DNA of 37,559 nt from Chiloscyllium plagiosum (taxonomy: Eukaryota). Positions within the stretch are counted from its first letter, which is position 1. Each line of letters starts with the position of its first letter. A program made the translations under genes and the position numbers. The stretch covers positions 1,857,824 to 1,895,382 of the forward strand of contig NC_057750.1 of NCBI RefSeq assembly GCF_004010195.1, in the 5' to 3' direction. Below, one piece after another: positions 22,816 to 34,497 of the stretch. A model generated the notes under the pieces. It made no database searches. It was not told the DNA's origin and worked only from the letters and a program-made list of their open reading frames with translations.

Positions 22816-24087
22816 AATAACAGAATTTGAACTGTAAATCAACCTCCTTCCAAATCCCAAGCTGGGGGGAATCAACTTTAAATAATAACTCTCTTTATTT
22901 CACTATTTATTTAAAGGCTGCAGAATCCACAGTCTTTGGATTTTTTTTCTTTGTGCTAATTTTATGTTCGTCAAAGCACCAAAGTATTGCGGCATAAAGC
23001 CCTGTGATGTACAATGTAAAGTTCATTTGACACTGTCCCGTTAACACATCTCACCACCCTGTTGTCCCCAAACCTCTCAGTCTCCTGCCCCAATGGGATA
23101 ACTTATCTACTTCCTACACCAGGCGTCCTGTGTGTGATCGCTCCCCCAACAGCAAATGATTACCCAGTTGAGAATGACTTGTAAGTTCAGGATTTTTCAT
23201 CTGTCATTCAGACTGGATTGAAACACAAGGCTCAGAGGTGAAAGCCCAGCGTTGTCCTATGCGTTTTCCCAATTCCTTTCCCCCCTCACACCCCCAGTTC
23301 AATTGGTAATCCAAACTTCCAAACCTTCCAGTTTATAACTTTGATGTACACACTAAAACAGAAGATAGAAATCAGTGTGGGGACCACTACAGACAGCTGC
23401 TTTGTTAAAGATTTAATTGCTGCACTGACTGAGTGTAAATATGGACCACATTATTTGTGGGTAATTAAGTGATGTTGTTTTCAGAGATTCCATCTCCATC
23501 TGTTGACTGTGTCTCCTGTACCATGAAGTGTATGGCCTGTCAGATTGCACTGTGCACTGCTATTGATCAGAATGCAATCTTCATTTGGCACGTGATTGAT
23601 GCAATGTCTGTCATTAAATCCCGGAACATGACATTTTAAGGCTATAACGTCATCGAGTAACTTCCGACGATAAAGCCACTGCTTAATTTGGTCCTGAGAT
23701 ATACTTTCAGTGGGGCAGAGCTTGGTGACCTCAGATCAGGCAGAATTTGGGGTTTGTTGCACTTCTAAGCATCTGTTAGGCTGAGAAAAACGATAGGAAA
23801 TTCCTGATCTTGATCGTTGTCGATAGCAACTGAACTCTTTTTCTCACAAACCCTGCTATAAAGGATTACACTGTTAGCGCCTCTGTGTTCAGACAGCTCC
23901 TACACTCTGTCGAGGCTGCTACAACGGTCACTCGTAGTGTCTTTCCTGATGCTGAAGGATACTTGTGCAAGTCCTGTGTAGATGCAGTTTGAAAATCTTC
24001 ATAGCAAAATCACTGGATAACTGGACAGGCTGATGATGCTCAAAGTTCGAAGCTGCTCTATGATTTAGAGTCATAGATGTGCAGCTG

Positions 24088-24220
24088 CCAGTGTCAGACC
24101 AGGGTGGACAAAGTCAGAGGTCACATGACACCAGGTTATAGTCCGACAGGTGACAAAGGCGCAGTGCTCTGAAAGCTTGATTTCAAATAAACCTGTTGGA
24201 CTATAACCTGATGTCATATT
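24088..24220. mobile_element. Small fold-back Penelope-like element (family C)
   Basis: ATGACACCAGGTTATAGTCCGACAGGT (24125-24151) is inverted against ACCTGTTGGACTATAACCTGATGTCAT (24191-24217). Between them is a degenerate hammerhead-like TGACAAAGGCGCAGTGCTCTGAAAGCTT. Confidence 0.6.
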
Positions 24221-24415
24221 TAAAAATATAAACCATAAGTACTAAGTTAGCCTGGAGTACTGTTTTTTTAGAGCAATAAGACAGTGCTAATTTCTGGGTC
24301 TGTAGATTGTGAAGGAGCAAAAATGGCCTTTATTAGAGTGGTATGCTCTTCTTGTCGGATGTGGGGATTCTGGGAGAGTTTCCATGTTACTGAGGATTGT
24401 ATCTGCAATAAATGT

Positions 24416-24515
24416 CGAGACTGTGGTGCTGGAAAAGCACAGCAGGTCAGGCAGCATCTGAGGAGCAGGAGAATTGGCATTTTGGGCATAAGCTCTTCAT
24501 CAGGAAATGTAATTC
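24416..24515 (-). mobile_element. Penelope-like family B terminal fragment inserted in CR1 ORF1
   Basis: Homologous to 37410-37495. Flanked by an exact 14-bp duplication TCTGCAATAAATGT (24402-24415, 24516-24529). Confidence 0.85.
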
Positions 24516-26281
24516 TCTGCAATAAATGTTGTTGGTTGCAAATCATATCAGATCAAATGGATTAGTTGGAGAGACAGAGGCACTAAGGAATTTACAAGAG
24601 CGGGGGGGTGGTTGGTGTGATGGATGGCAGTTATAGGAAGGGAGAAAAGCCGCAGATACAGTCGCAGAGATGGTTTAACTCCAGGAAAGTTAGGAGGAGT
24701 GGACAGGTAGTGCAGGAGTCTTCTGTGGCTATCCCCATTTCAAACAAGTATGCTGTTTTCAAAAATGTAGAGGGTGATGGATTCTCAGGGGGATTTAGCA
24801 CCAACAGCCAAGTTTCTGGTATCGAGACATGCCCTAATGCAATGAGGGGTACGTCAGGTTCCAAGAGATCAATTGTGATAGGGGACTCTCTAGTCAGAGG
24901 CATGGACAGATGTTTCTGCAGCCAGCAATGGAAAATCAGAATGGTGTGTTGCCTCTCTGGTGCCAGGATCAAGGATGCCTCAGAGAGGGTACAGAATATT
25001 CTCAAGGGGGAGAGGGGCCAGCAGGAGGTCATTGTACACATTGGAACTAATGACAAAGGATGGGAAAAGGTTGAGATTCTGAAGGGAGAATATAGAGAGT
25101 TAGGCAGGAGTTTAAAAAGGAGGTCCTTGAGAGTAGTAATATATGGATTACTCCCAGTGCTACGAGCTAGTGAGGGCAGGAATAGGAGGATAGAGCAGAT
25201 GAATGCATAGTAGAGGAGCTGGTGTATGGGAGAAGGATTCGCATTTTTGGATCATTGGAAACTCTTTTGGGGTAGAAGTGACCTGTACAAGAAGGACGGA
25301 TTGCACCTAAATTAGAAGGGGACTAATTTACTAGCAACGAGATTTGCTAGAGCTGCTTGGGAGGATTTAAACGAGAAAACTGGGGGGATGGGACCGAGGG
25401 AGATAGTGAGGAAAGAGATCAATCTGAGACTGATACAGTTGAGAACAGAAGCGAATCAAACAGTCAGGGCAAGCAGCAACAAAGCAGAGAACAAGGTGGG
25501 ACTGATAAACTAAACTGCATTTATTTCAATGTAAGAGATCTAACAGAGGAGGCAGATGAACTCAGGGCATGGTCAGGAGCCTGGGACTGGGATATCATAG
25601 CAATTACAGAAACAGGGCTCAGGGATGGGCAGGACTGACAGCTTAATGTTCCAGGATACAAATGCTACAGGAAGGATTGAAAGGGAGGCAAGAGAGGAGG
25701 GGGAGTGGCATTTTTGGTAAGAGATAGCATTACAGCTGTGCTGAGGGAGGTGTTAGTGGGAGAGCACTTTGGGGCCAGCGACCATAATTCTATTAGATTT
25801 AAAATAGTGATGGAAAAGGATAGACCAGATCTAAAAGTTGAAGTTCTAAATTGGAGAAAGGCCAATTTTGACAGTATTAGGCGAGAACTTTCAAAAGCTG
25901 TTTGGGGGCAGATGTTCGCAGGTGAAGGGATGGCTGGTAAATGGGAAGCCTTCAGAAATGAGATAACGAGAATCCAGAGAAAGTATATTCCTGTTAGGGT
26001 GAAAGGAAAGACTGGTAGATGTAGGAAATGCTGGTTTACAAGAGAAATTGAGGTTTTGGATAAGAAGAAGGAAGAATATGTCAGGTATAGACAGGAGAGA
26101 TTGAGAGAATCCTCAGAAGAGTATAAAGATAGTAGGAGTATACTTAAGAGGGAAATCAGGAGGACAAAACAGGGACGTGAGATAGCTTTGGCAAACAGGG
26201 TTAAGGAGAATCCAAAGGGTTTTTACAAATATATTAAGGACAAAATTGTCACTAGGGAGAGAATAGGGCCCCTCAAAAATC

Positions 26282-26845
26282 GGATATGTGGAACAGTCCA
26301 TCTTCCGCAGCTACACTGGCACCACCCCCCATCTTTTCCTCTGCTACATCGATGACTATATCGGCGCTACCTTGAGCTCCCACGAGGAGGTTGAACAGTT
26401 CATCCACTTTACTAACACCTTCCACCCTGACCTCAAATTTACCTGGACCNNNNNNNNNNNNNNNNNNNNNNNNNNNNNNNNNNNNNNNNNNNNAAACAGA
26501 CCCCACCACCAAGGATATATTTCCCTCCCCTCCCCTATCAGTGTTCTGGAAAGACCACTGCCTCCCCCCACCATTTCTCAGTCCCAACCCTCAGACTCAG
26601 CACCGCCTTCTTGACCTGCAATCTTCTTCCCGACCTCTCCGCCCGCACTCCCTTTCCGGCCTATCACCCTCACCTTAACTCCTTCCACCTATCACATTCC
26701 CAACGCCCCTCCTCCCTACCTTTTATCTTAGCCTGCTTGGCACACCCTCCTCATTCCTGAAGAAGGGCTTATGCCTGACACGTTGATTCTCCTACTCCTT
26801 GGATGCTGCCTGACCTGCTGCGCTTTTCCAGCAACACATTTTTCA
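26282..26845 (+). mobile_element. Penelope-like family B element, internally deleted, inserted in CR1 ORF2 (includes a 44-N gap at 26450-26493)
   Basis: Penelope-type RT core peptide YVEQSIF..FLCYIDD..FTNTFHPDLKFTW. The 3' end has a mutated hammerhead CTGAAGAAGGGCTTATGCCTGACACGTT. Exact 14-bp duplication GCCCCTCAAAAATC (26268-26281, 26846-26859). Confidence 0.9.
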
Positions 26846-28973
26846 GCCCCTCAAAAATCAACAAGATAGCTCATATGTGGAGCCACAGGAGATGGGGGAG
26901 ATAACTAAGCGAGTATTAGACATCAGTGTTTACTGTGGAAAATGACATGGAAGATTTGGAATGTGGAAAATAGATGGTGACATGTTGAAAAATGTTCATA
27001 TTACAAAGGAGGAGGTGCTGGATGTTTTGAAACACATAAACGTGGATAAATGCCCAGGACCTGATCAGGTGTACCCGAGAACTCAGTGGGAAGCTGAGAA
27101 GTGATTGCTGGGCCTCTTGAATAGATATTTGTATCATCGGTGGTCACAGGTGAGGTGCCGGAAGATTGGAGGTTGGCGAACGTGGTGCCACTGTTTAAGA
27201 AGGGCGATAAAGACAAGCCAGGGAACTATAGACCAGTGAGCCTGATGTCAGTGGTGGGCAAGTTGTTGGAGGGAATCCTGGGGGACAGGATGTATGTGCA
27301 TTTGGAAAGGCAAAGACTGATTAGGGATAGTCAACATGGCTTTGTGCATGGGAAATTATGTCTCACAAACTTGATTGAGTTTTTTGAAGAAGTAACAAAG
27401 AGGATTGATGAGGGCAGAGCGGTGGAAGTGATCTATGTCGACTTAAGTAAGGCATTTGACAAGGTTCCCCATGGGAGACTGATTAGCAAGGTTAGATCTC
27501 ATGGAATACAGGGAGTACTAGCCATTTGGATACAAAACTGGCCCAAAGGTAGAAGACAGAGGGTGGTGGTGGAGGGTTGTTTTTCAGACTGGAGGCCTGT
27601 GACCAGTGGAGTGCCACAAGGATCGGTGCTGGGTCCTCTACGTTTTGTCATTTATATAAATGATTTGGATGTGAGCATAAGAGGTATAGTTAGTAAGTTT
27701 GCAGATGACACCAAAATTGGAGGTGTAGTGGACAGCGAAGCAGGTTACCTCAGATTACAACAGGATCTGGACCAAATGGGCCAATGGGCTGAGGAGTGGC
27801 AGATGGAGTTTAGTTCAGATAAATATGAAGTACTGCATTTTGGAAAAGCAAATCAGAGCAGGATGTATTTACTTAATGGTAACGCCCTCGAGAGTGTTGC
27901 TGAACAAAGAGACCTTAAAGTGCAGGTTCGTAGCTCCTTGAAAGTGGAGTCACAGGTAGATAGGATAGTGAAGAAGGTGTTTGGTATGCTTTCCTTTATT
28001 GGTCAGAGTATTAATTATCGGAATTGGGAGGTCATGTTGCAACTGTACAGGACATTGATTAGGCCACTTCTGGAATATTGTGTGCAATTCTGATCTTCCT
28101 AGGATGTTGTGAAACTTGAAAGGGTTCAGTAAAGTTTTACAAGGATGTTGCCAGGGTTGGAGGGTTTGAGCTACAGGGCGAGACTGGGGCTGTTTACCCT
28201 GGAGCGTCGGAGGCTGAGGGGTGACCCCATAGAGGTTTATAAAATCTTGAGGGTAGGATGTTGTGAAACTTGAAAGGGTTCAGTAAAGTTTTACAAGGAT
28301 GTTGCCAGGGTTGGAGGGTTTGAGCTACAGGGAGAGGCTGAATAGACTGGGGCTGTTTACCCTGGAGCGTCGGAGGCTGAGGGGTGACCTCATAGAGGTT
28401 TATAAAATCTTGAGGGGCATGGATAGGGTAAACAAACAAGGTCTTTTTCCTGGGGTGGGGGAATCCAGAACTAGAGGACATAGGTTTAGGGTGAGAGGGG
28501 CAAGATTTAAAAGGGACCTAAGGAGCAACTTTTTCCACGCAGAGGGTGGTGCGTGTATCGAATTAGCTGCCAGAGGAAGTGGTGGAGGCTGGTACAATTA
28601 CAACATTTGAAAGGCATCTGGATGGGTATATGAATAGGAAGGGTTAGAGGGACATGGACCAAGTGCTGGCAAATGGGATTAGATTAATATAGGATATCTG
28701 GTCAGCATGGATGAGTTGGACCGAAGGGTCTGTTTCCGTGGTGCATATCTCTATGATACTTTTATTTCTGATTCTCAGCACAGTGAACTGCATACCACCA
28801 AAATCCACAAACATATGTCATTTTGATGCAGAAAACTCACCTTCTCTGGCCAATGCCTGGCATTTCTAGCAAGGCCTTCCTACGAAAAGACCTCAGCAGC
28901 TTAAACACTTGCTGCTTCCATGAGAATAGTCTTTTCTTCGGTGTTTCAGTAAAAGCCTGTAAAATTACAGTCA

Positions 28974-29686
28974 GAATCATAAAGACATACAGCACATCAA
29001 CAGGCCCTTCGGTCTAACTCATCCATGCCCACCAGATATCCCAACCTAGTCCCATTTGCCAGCACTTGGTCCATGAACCTCTAACCCCTTCCTATTCATA
29101 TACCCATCCAGATGTCTTTTAAATGTTGTAATTGTGCCAGCCTCCAACACTTCCTCTGGCAGCTCATTCCATACACGTACCACCCTCTGTGTGAAAAGGT
29201 TGCCTCTTAGGTCCCTTTTAAATCTTTCCCCTCTCATCCTAAGCCTATGCCCTCTAGTTCTGGACTCTCCAAACCAGGAAAAAGACCTTGACTGTTCAGC
29301 CTATCTATGCTCCTCATAATTTTATAAATCTCTATATAGTAACCTGTCAACCTCCAACGCTCCAGGGAAAACAGCCCCAGCCTATTCAGCCACTCCGTAT
29401 AGCTCAAATCCTCCAACCCTGGCAGTATTCTTGCAAATCTTTTCTGAACCTTTTCAAGTTTCACAACATCTTTCCTATAGCAGGGAGACCAGAATTGCAC
29501 ACAATATTCCAAAAGTGGCCTCACCAATGCCCTGTACAGCCACAACATGACCTCCCAACTCCTATAATCAACGCACTGACCAATAAAGGCAAAAATACCA
29601 AACACTTTCACTATCCTATCTACCTCTGACTCCACTTTTAAGGAACCTGTACTCCAAGGTCTCTTTCCCAGGAACCTTACCATTAA
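28974..29686 (-). mobile_element. CR1 LINE 3' fragment
   Basis: LYRALVRPLLEYCVQFWSPCYRKDVVKLEKVQKRF and RFKRDLRGNLFTQRVVRVWNELPEEV on the minus strand. Confidence 0.92.
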
Positions 29687-29914
29687 GATTATAGTCACAT
29701 TTTGCACCTGTATAATTCTTTGATACGAGAATCTTTGAACAAATACTTAGAAAGCTAGTTGCAAACATACTTTCAAGGTTGATGCTTAGATATATTGACA
29801 GCTCATACTAATCTCAGCTCATCAAGCTTATTGGGCAAACATATTGTACATGACTCAATAATTTTTGATGAGCCAGTAAACTTCAAGAGACAGTCAAACA
29901 TCATAATAATGGTC

Positions 29915-30142
29915 ACGAAAACAGAGATTGCAGAAAAGCTGAGCGGGTCTGGCAGCATCGATAGAGAGAAATCAGTGTTACAGTTTCAAATCGAGTGACC
30001 CTTCTTCAGAACTGAGGAACGTATAACCTGAAACTTTAACTCTGATTTCTCTCCGCAGGTTCTGCCAGACCTGCTGAGCTTTTCCAGCAATTTCTGTTTT
30101 TGTTTCTGATTTAAAGCATCTGCAGTTCTTTCACTTTTTATT
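29915..30142. mobile_element. Fold-back Penelope-like element with back-to-back degenerate hammerhead boxes
   Basis: 29917-29990 is an imperfect inverted repeat of 30030-30102. The centre reads CTTCTTCAG-AA-CTGAGGA. Same family as 8585-8790. Confidence 0.7.
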
Positions 30143-30526
30143 TGTCATCATAAAGGAGGTAAAGTTCCCCGCAGCGCAATCCAATTAGACCCATTGACTG
30201 CTTTGTCCTCTTACTCCTGGTTACTTGATTATCTTCCAATGCCCATCCAGTTCCATTTTGAATTCATTTAATTTCCACTTTTATTGTCCTCGTGGGCATT
30301 CCTAGCTATTATCACTTGCTGTGTTAAAATATTCCCCCTGCAGCTGTGGCTCAAACCTACCAAAAGGATTTGGTGTTGCAAGAGATCAGTTAAGCTCAGG
30401 GAAGAGAACATAAAAGGGAGAGAGAAGGAGGTGGAATTATGAAAAACCATAAGGCTACAGTATTGTCTTTGTGCAGTGAGTGAAGGCATTTCATGGTGAA
30501 TGATTCATTGTTGCAAGCCAAATTAT

Positions 30527-30862
30527 CATAGAATCCTACAGTGTGGAAACGGGCCATTTGGCCCTACAAGTCCAGACCAACCCTCTGAAGGGTAACCCAC
30601 CCAGACCCATTTCCCTACTACTCTACATTTACCCTGAGCAACACACTTAACCCACACATCCCTGAACACTATGGGCAATTTGGCATGGCCAGTTCACCTA
30701 ACCTGCACATCTTTGGATTGTGGGAGGAAACTGGTGCACCCAGAGGAAACCTACGCGGACACGGGGAGAATGTGCAAACTCCACACAAACAGTTGCCCCA
30801 GGGTAGAATTGAACCCGGGTCCCTGGTGCTGTGAGGCAGCAGTGCTAACTACTGTGCCACCC
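30527..30862 (-). mobile_element. HE1-like tRNA-derived SINE, full length
   Basis: Head GGTGGCACAGTAGTTAGCACTGCTGCCTCACAGCACCAGGGACCCGGGTTCAATTC; tail CCGTTTCCACACTGTAGGATTCTATG. Confidence 0.9.
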
Positions 30863-31493
30863 CAAATAGAGAGTCCCTGCACAGAGCAAATTTTGAGCAG
30901 ATTTCCCAGTGCACATAGAATCCCAGTGCAACATTCCATGAGAATTTTATATTCATCAAACACAATAAAGAGATCTCACTTGGTGTGACGTGTTCTTTGC
31001 AGAGATCTGACAGGAACATGTGGAATAGCCTACTAGAACTATTCTATGATCCCATCAGGCTTCTAATTTAAACCGCTGTATTCATGGATTTTAGACTGAC
31101 AACCAAGCGCGGGGAAGCAGTTTTGGTTGGGGTATGGAAATCACCACACCCTTCCTCCAACAGGACCATCTCTCAGATCTAGCTCAGCAAACACTTGGGG
31201 TTTCAGTTTAAGATTTCATTCAATTGCAACAATCCCTTGGAACTGAATTGGGAGTTTCAGTCTGGGCTTTGTGTTCCACGATCTGGAATGGGACTTGAGA
31301 CCAAAACATCCTGACACCAGACTGAAACTCTTGGTGTAGCATGGGTTCATCATCAAAACCTTTCCCTCTGGTTCTACTTGTTCCTAATAACTGTCTCATT
31401 ATCTCTAAACATTCGATATCAGCTGGTGGTCTAATGCAGTCACCGTGCTCTGCAATTGTTCCTGCTAATTTAATGCCAGAAGAGGTCATCACT

Positions 31494-32655
31494 AACAGTG
31501 ACAGATCTGCCACCAGCAAGAGTACTGTACCCCAGTGTTATACAGTGACAAACCTGTCCCCACCAGTACTGTACCCCAGTGCTATACAGTGACAGACCGG
31601 TCCCTACCAGTACTGTACCCAATGTTATACAGTGACAAACCTGTCCCCACCAGGACTGTACCCCACCATTATACAGTGACAAACCTGTCCCCACCAGTAC
31701 TGTACCCCAGTGCTATACAGTGACAGACCGGTCCCTACCAGTACTGTACCCAATGTTATACAGTGACAAACCTGTCCCCACCAGGACTGTACCCCAGTGC
31801 TATACAGTGACAGACCTGTCCCTACCAGTACTGTACCCCAGTGTTATACAGAGACAGACCTGTCTCCACCAGTACTGTACCCCAGTGCTATACAGTGACA
31901 GACCTGCCACCACCAGTACTGTACCCCAGTGCTATACAGTGACAGACCTGTCCCCACCAGTACTGTACCCCAGCGTTATACAGAGACAGACCTGTACCCC
32001 ATTGCTATACAGTGACAAACCTGTCCCCACCAGTACTGTACTCCAGTGCTATACCTGTCCCCACCAGTACTGTACCCCGGTGTTATACAGCGACAGACCT
32101 GACCCCAGCAGTAATGTACCCCAGTGTTTTACAACAGACCTGTCCCCACCAGTACTGTACCCGTGTTATACAGCAACAGACCTATCCCCACCAGTACTGT
32201 ACTCCAGTTTATACAGTGACAGACCTACCTCCATCAGTACTGCACCCCAGTGTATTACAGTGACAGACTTGCCCCAGTCAGTACTATACCCATGTTATAG
32301 TGACAGACCTGTCCCCATCAGTACTGTACCCCAGTGTTATACAGACAGACCTGTCCCCATCAATACTGCACCCCAGTGTTGTGACAAACCTGTCCCCGCC
32401 AGTACTGTACCCTAGCATTATACAGTGACAGACCTGTGCCCAGTGTTATACAGTGACAGACCTGTCCTAATCAGTACTGTACCCCAGTGTTATAGGGACA
32501 GACCTGTCCCCACCAGTACTGTACCCTAGTGTTATACAGTGACAGACCTGTCCCCACCAGTACTGCATTCATGTTATACAGGGACACACCTGTACCCTAA
32601 TGTTATACAGCGACAGACCTGTGCCTACAGTATTGTACCTCACTGTTATGCAGAT
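31494..32655. repeat. Minisatellite, 44-bp unit, roughly 27 copies
   Basis: Unit ACAGTGACAGACCTGTCCCCACCAGTACTGTACCCCAGTGTTAT (starts at 31542, 31586, ...), with deleted variants and decay at both edges. Confidence 0.97.
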
Positions 32656-32884
32656 CTTTCTCCACTATTAATGTAAAGCTCAGTGTTAAAGGGGGAAGAG
32701 ATATTTCATAGCAGTGTGAAGTGAATTAAAGTCTTGCACGGGAGTGCACCATTACATAACGGAGTACCCTTTAATCAGCAGACTGGTGTTCCACATCTAA
32801 CAGTCGCCACCCTGTCCCAGGGATAGGGTGGACTCCTGCTGAACAGTTCTAGCTTACCAGGACTTCACTATCACTTCCTCAAAG

Positions 32885-33223
32885 GATGAGGGGCAACGTG
32901 ATAGAAGTTTACAAAATTATGAGAGGCACGGATAGTTCCTGTATCTTTCCCAAGGTATAAATGTTCGTTACATGGGAGATGGGTTTAAGTTAAAAGAGGA
33001 TTAGTTTAAAGATACAAGCAGCAAGTTTTTTTACAGAGGGTGATAAGTGCCTAGATTGTGCTGCCAGAAAATGTGGTGGAGGCAGTACAATACAGATGGT
33101 TAACGGGAATCTTGACATACATGAATAGGCAGGGAATACAGGGATAAGGATCACATAGAGGAAAAGTTTAGTTTTGGCACAGTCTTGATGGGCCGAAGGG
33201 CCTGTTCTCGTGCTATACAATTC
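32885..33223 (+). mobile_element. Old CR1 LINE 3' fragment
   Basis: GGATGAGGGGCAACGTGATAGAAGTTTACAAAATTATGAG..TTTACAGAGGGTG..GGGCCGAAGGGCCTGTTCTCGTGCTATAC. Confidence 0.8.
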
Positions 33224-33229
33224 TTTATT
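33224..33229 (-). promoter_or_regulatory. Probable polyadenylation signal of mrps12
   Basis: The first AATAAA I see on the minus strand downstream of the stop codon, about 350 nt from it. Confidence 0.55.
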
Positions 33230-33575
33230 ACAGCAGAACCCAAACAGAAATTTCCTGTCTTCAATTCCTCAACAGATGTGTAGTTTGAGGCTTTCATGGG
33301 GAATTCTAAACTTCTCAGTGCTCCCCAGGAAAGGTGACCAGGACAACAAGCAGGAGCAGGAACATACTCTTAACCCCAATCCCATGGGACTGAGGCTAAC
33401 TAGTGATGTCCATCCACGTAAGGAGCAACAGATTTGGAATATGACAGGGTATATTAATCTCAGGGTGTGTGGATCTTGAGGAATTGTGAAAAAAGCAGTC
33501 CTACTAAAAGTGGAGGAACCACACAACTTTAATGACTGGCTTGCAGTTCTGAATACTATGTCAGTGCGAAAGTCT

Positions 33576-34012
33576 TTACTTTTTCTTTTGGACGTGTGCA
33601 CAGTCGTACTTCCCGCGCACAACTTTTAACTTGACACCCGGGAGGTCCTGTGTCCTTCCCCCCTCCACCAGCACGATGTTGTGTTCCTGGAGATTGTGGC
33701 CCTCCCCGGGGATGAAGACGATCACTTCTTTCCCATTACTCAGGCGGACTCGGGCACATTTGCGGTTGGCCGAGTTTGGTTTCTTGGGTTTGCGGATCAT
33801 GGTCTTCAGCACCACCCCTTTCAGCTGTGGCCGGCCAAAGGTGGGTCCCAGCTTGCGGGGGGCACGCTTGGGTTTGCCCATTTTGTGCATCTGGTTGAGG
33901 GTGGCCATGGTGCATCTGTTGTGCTGGCAAGCCAGAGTGGGCAATGTCACTCCTGCTGGGAAAGCTCGCTGAAGGAAGGAAGCCGGTGACAAGCTGATCA
34001 GTCTCGCTGCTC
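33576..34012 (-). CDS. mrps12: Mitochondrial ribosomal protein S12 (uS12m), last coding exon
   Basis: [71 protein letters not shown]. Acceptor TTTCTGTGTTTCCTTCTAG|GA at 34013/34012 (phase 1) and stop TAA at 33578-33576. The start-codon exon was not found in the window. Confidence 0.96.
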
Positions 34013-34119
34013 CTAGAAGGAAACACAGAAACATTTATGGTGAGGAATTATATTGTAACTGCAGCACAATAATTGGCAACACCACATATCATTTACAAGA
34101 TGGCACTTCTCTCAAAACC

Positions 34120-34395
34120 ACTTTAACAGCCCCTTCCAAACCCACAACTACTTCCATCCGCAAGGACATGGGCAGCAGATCCATAGGAACACCATCCTGA
34201 CTTAGAAATGTATCACTATTCCTTCACTGTCACTGGGTCAAAGTCCGGGCACTCCCTCCCTAACAGTACTGTTGGGTGTGCCAAATCTCTCAGATTACAG
34301 CAATTCAAGGTGGGCAGCTCAATGGCAATGAGGGACAAAGAATTAATGCTGGTTTTGTCAGTAAAGGTCACATCGCATGAACGAATATGGAAAAA
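34120..34395 (+). mobile_element. Old LINE 3' end remnant
   Basis: CCATCCTGACTTAGAAAT..TTCACTGTCACTGGGTCAAAGTCC..CTCCCTCCCTAACAG..TAATGCTGG..CACATCGCATGAACGAAT; the tail resembles the minus strand of 12455-12520. Confidence 0.5.
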
Positions 34396-34497
34396 TTGGA
34401 AACAGGCTGCTTTTCCAACAATGCTTTGCCTATGCTTGCACACCACACAAACCACCTATTGTCTATACCATGTCTCCGACTGGAACATGGGATAATT

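Larger units (their letters stand above)
24225..28757 (+). mobile_element. Near full-length CR1 LINE, inactivated (ORF1 zinc-finger + SGNH esterase; ORF2 APE endonuclease + RT)
   Basis: ORF1 runs from ATG 24323 with CSSC..CNKC, then IVIGDSLVRG, VHIGTND and DGLHLN. ORF2 has YFNVR, DIIAITET, SDHN, QHGF, KAFDKV, GVPQGSVLGP and KFADDTK. Typical CR1 3' end. It carries several stops and frameshifts, an endonuclease deletion near 25750, two nested insertions and a tandem duplication. Confidence 0.95.

Noticed and set aside
21511..22875. Antisense and alternative-frame ORFs over the SOCS CDS
   Set aside because: Shadow ORFs of a GC-rich coding exon with no independent support.
27140..28093. 317-aa RT ORF as an active or domesticated gene
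   Set aside because: It is a fragment of a CR1 ORF2 with upstream frameshifts, a deletion, nested insertions and a premature stop.
31341..32415. Repetitive ORFs up to 231 aa; CRISPR-like periodicity
   Set aside because: These are translations of the 44-bp minisatellite. There are no unique spacers or cas genes, and the context is eukaryotic.
34013..34034. ORF-track start MFLCFLL for mrps12
   Set aside because: These codons are the polypyrimidine tract and AG of the acceptor. The true start is expected on an upstream exon.
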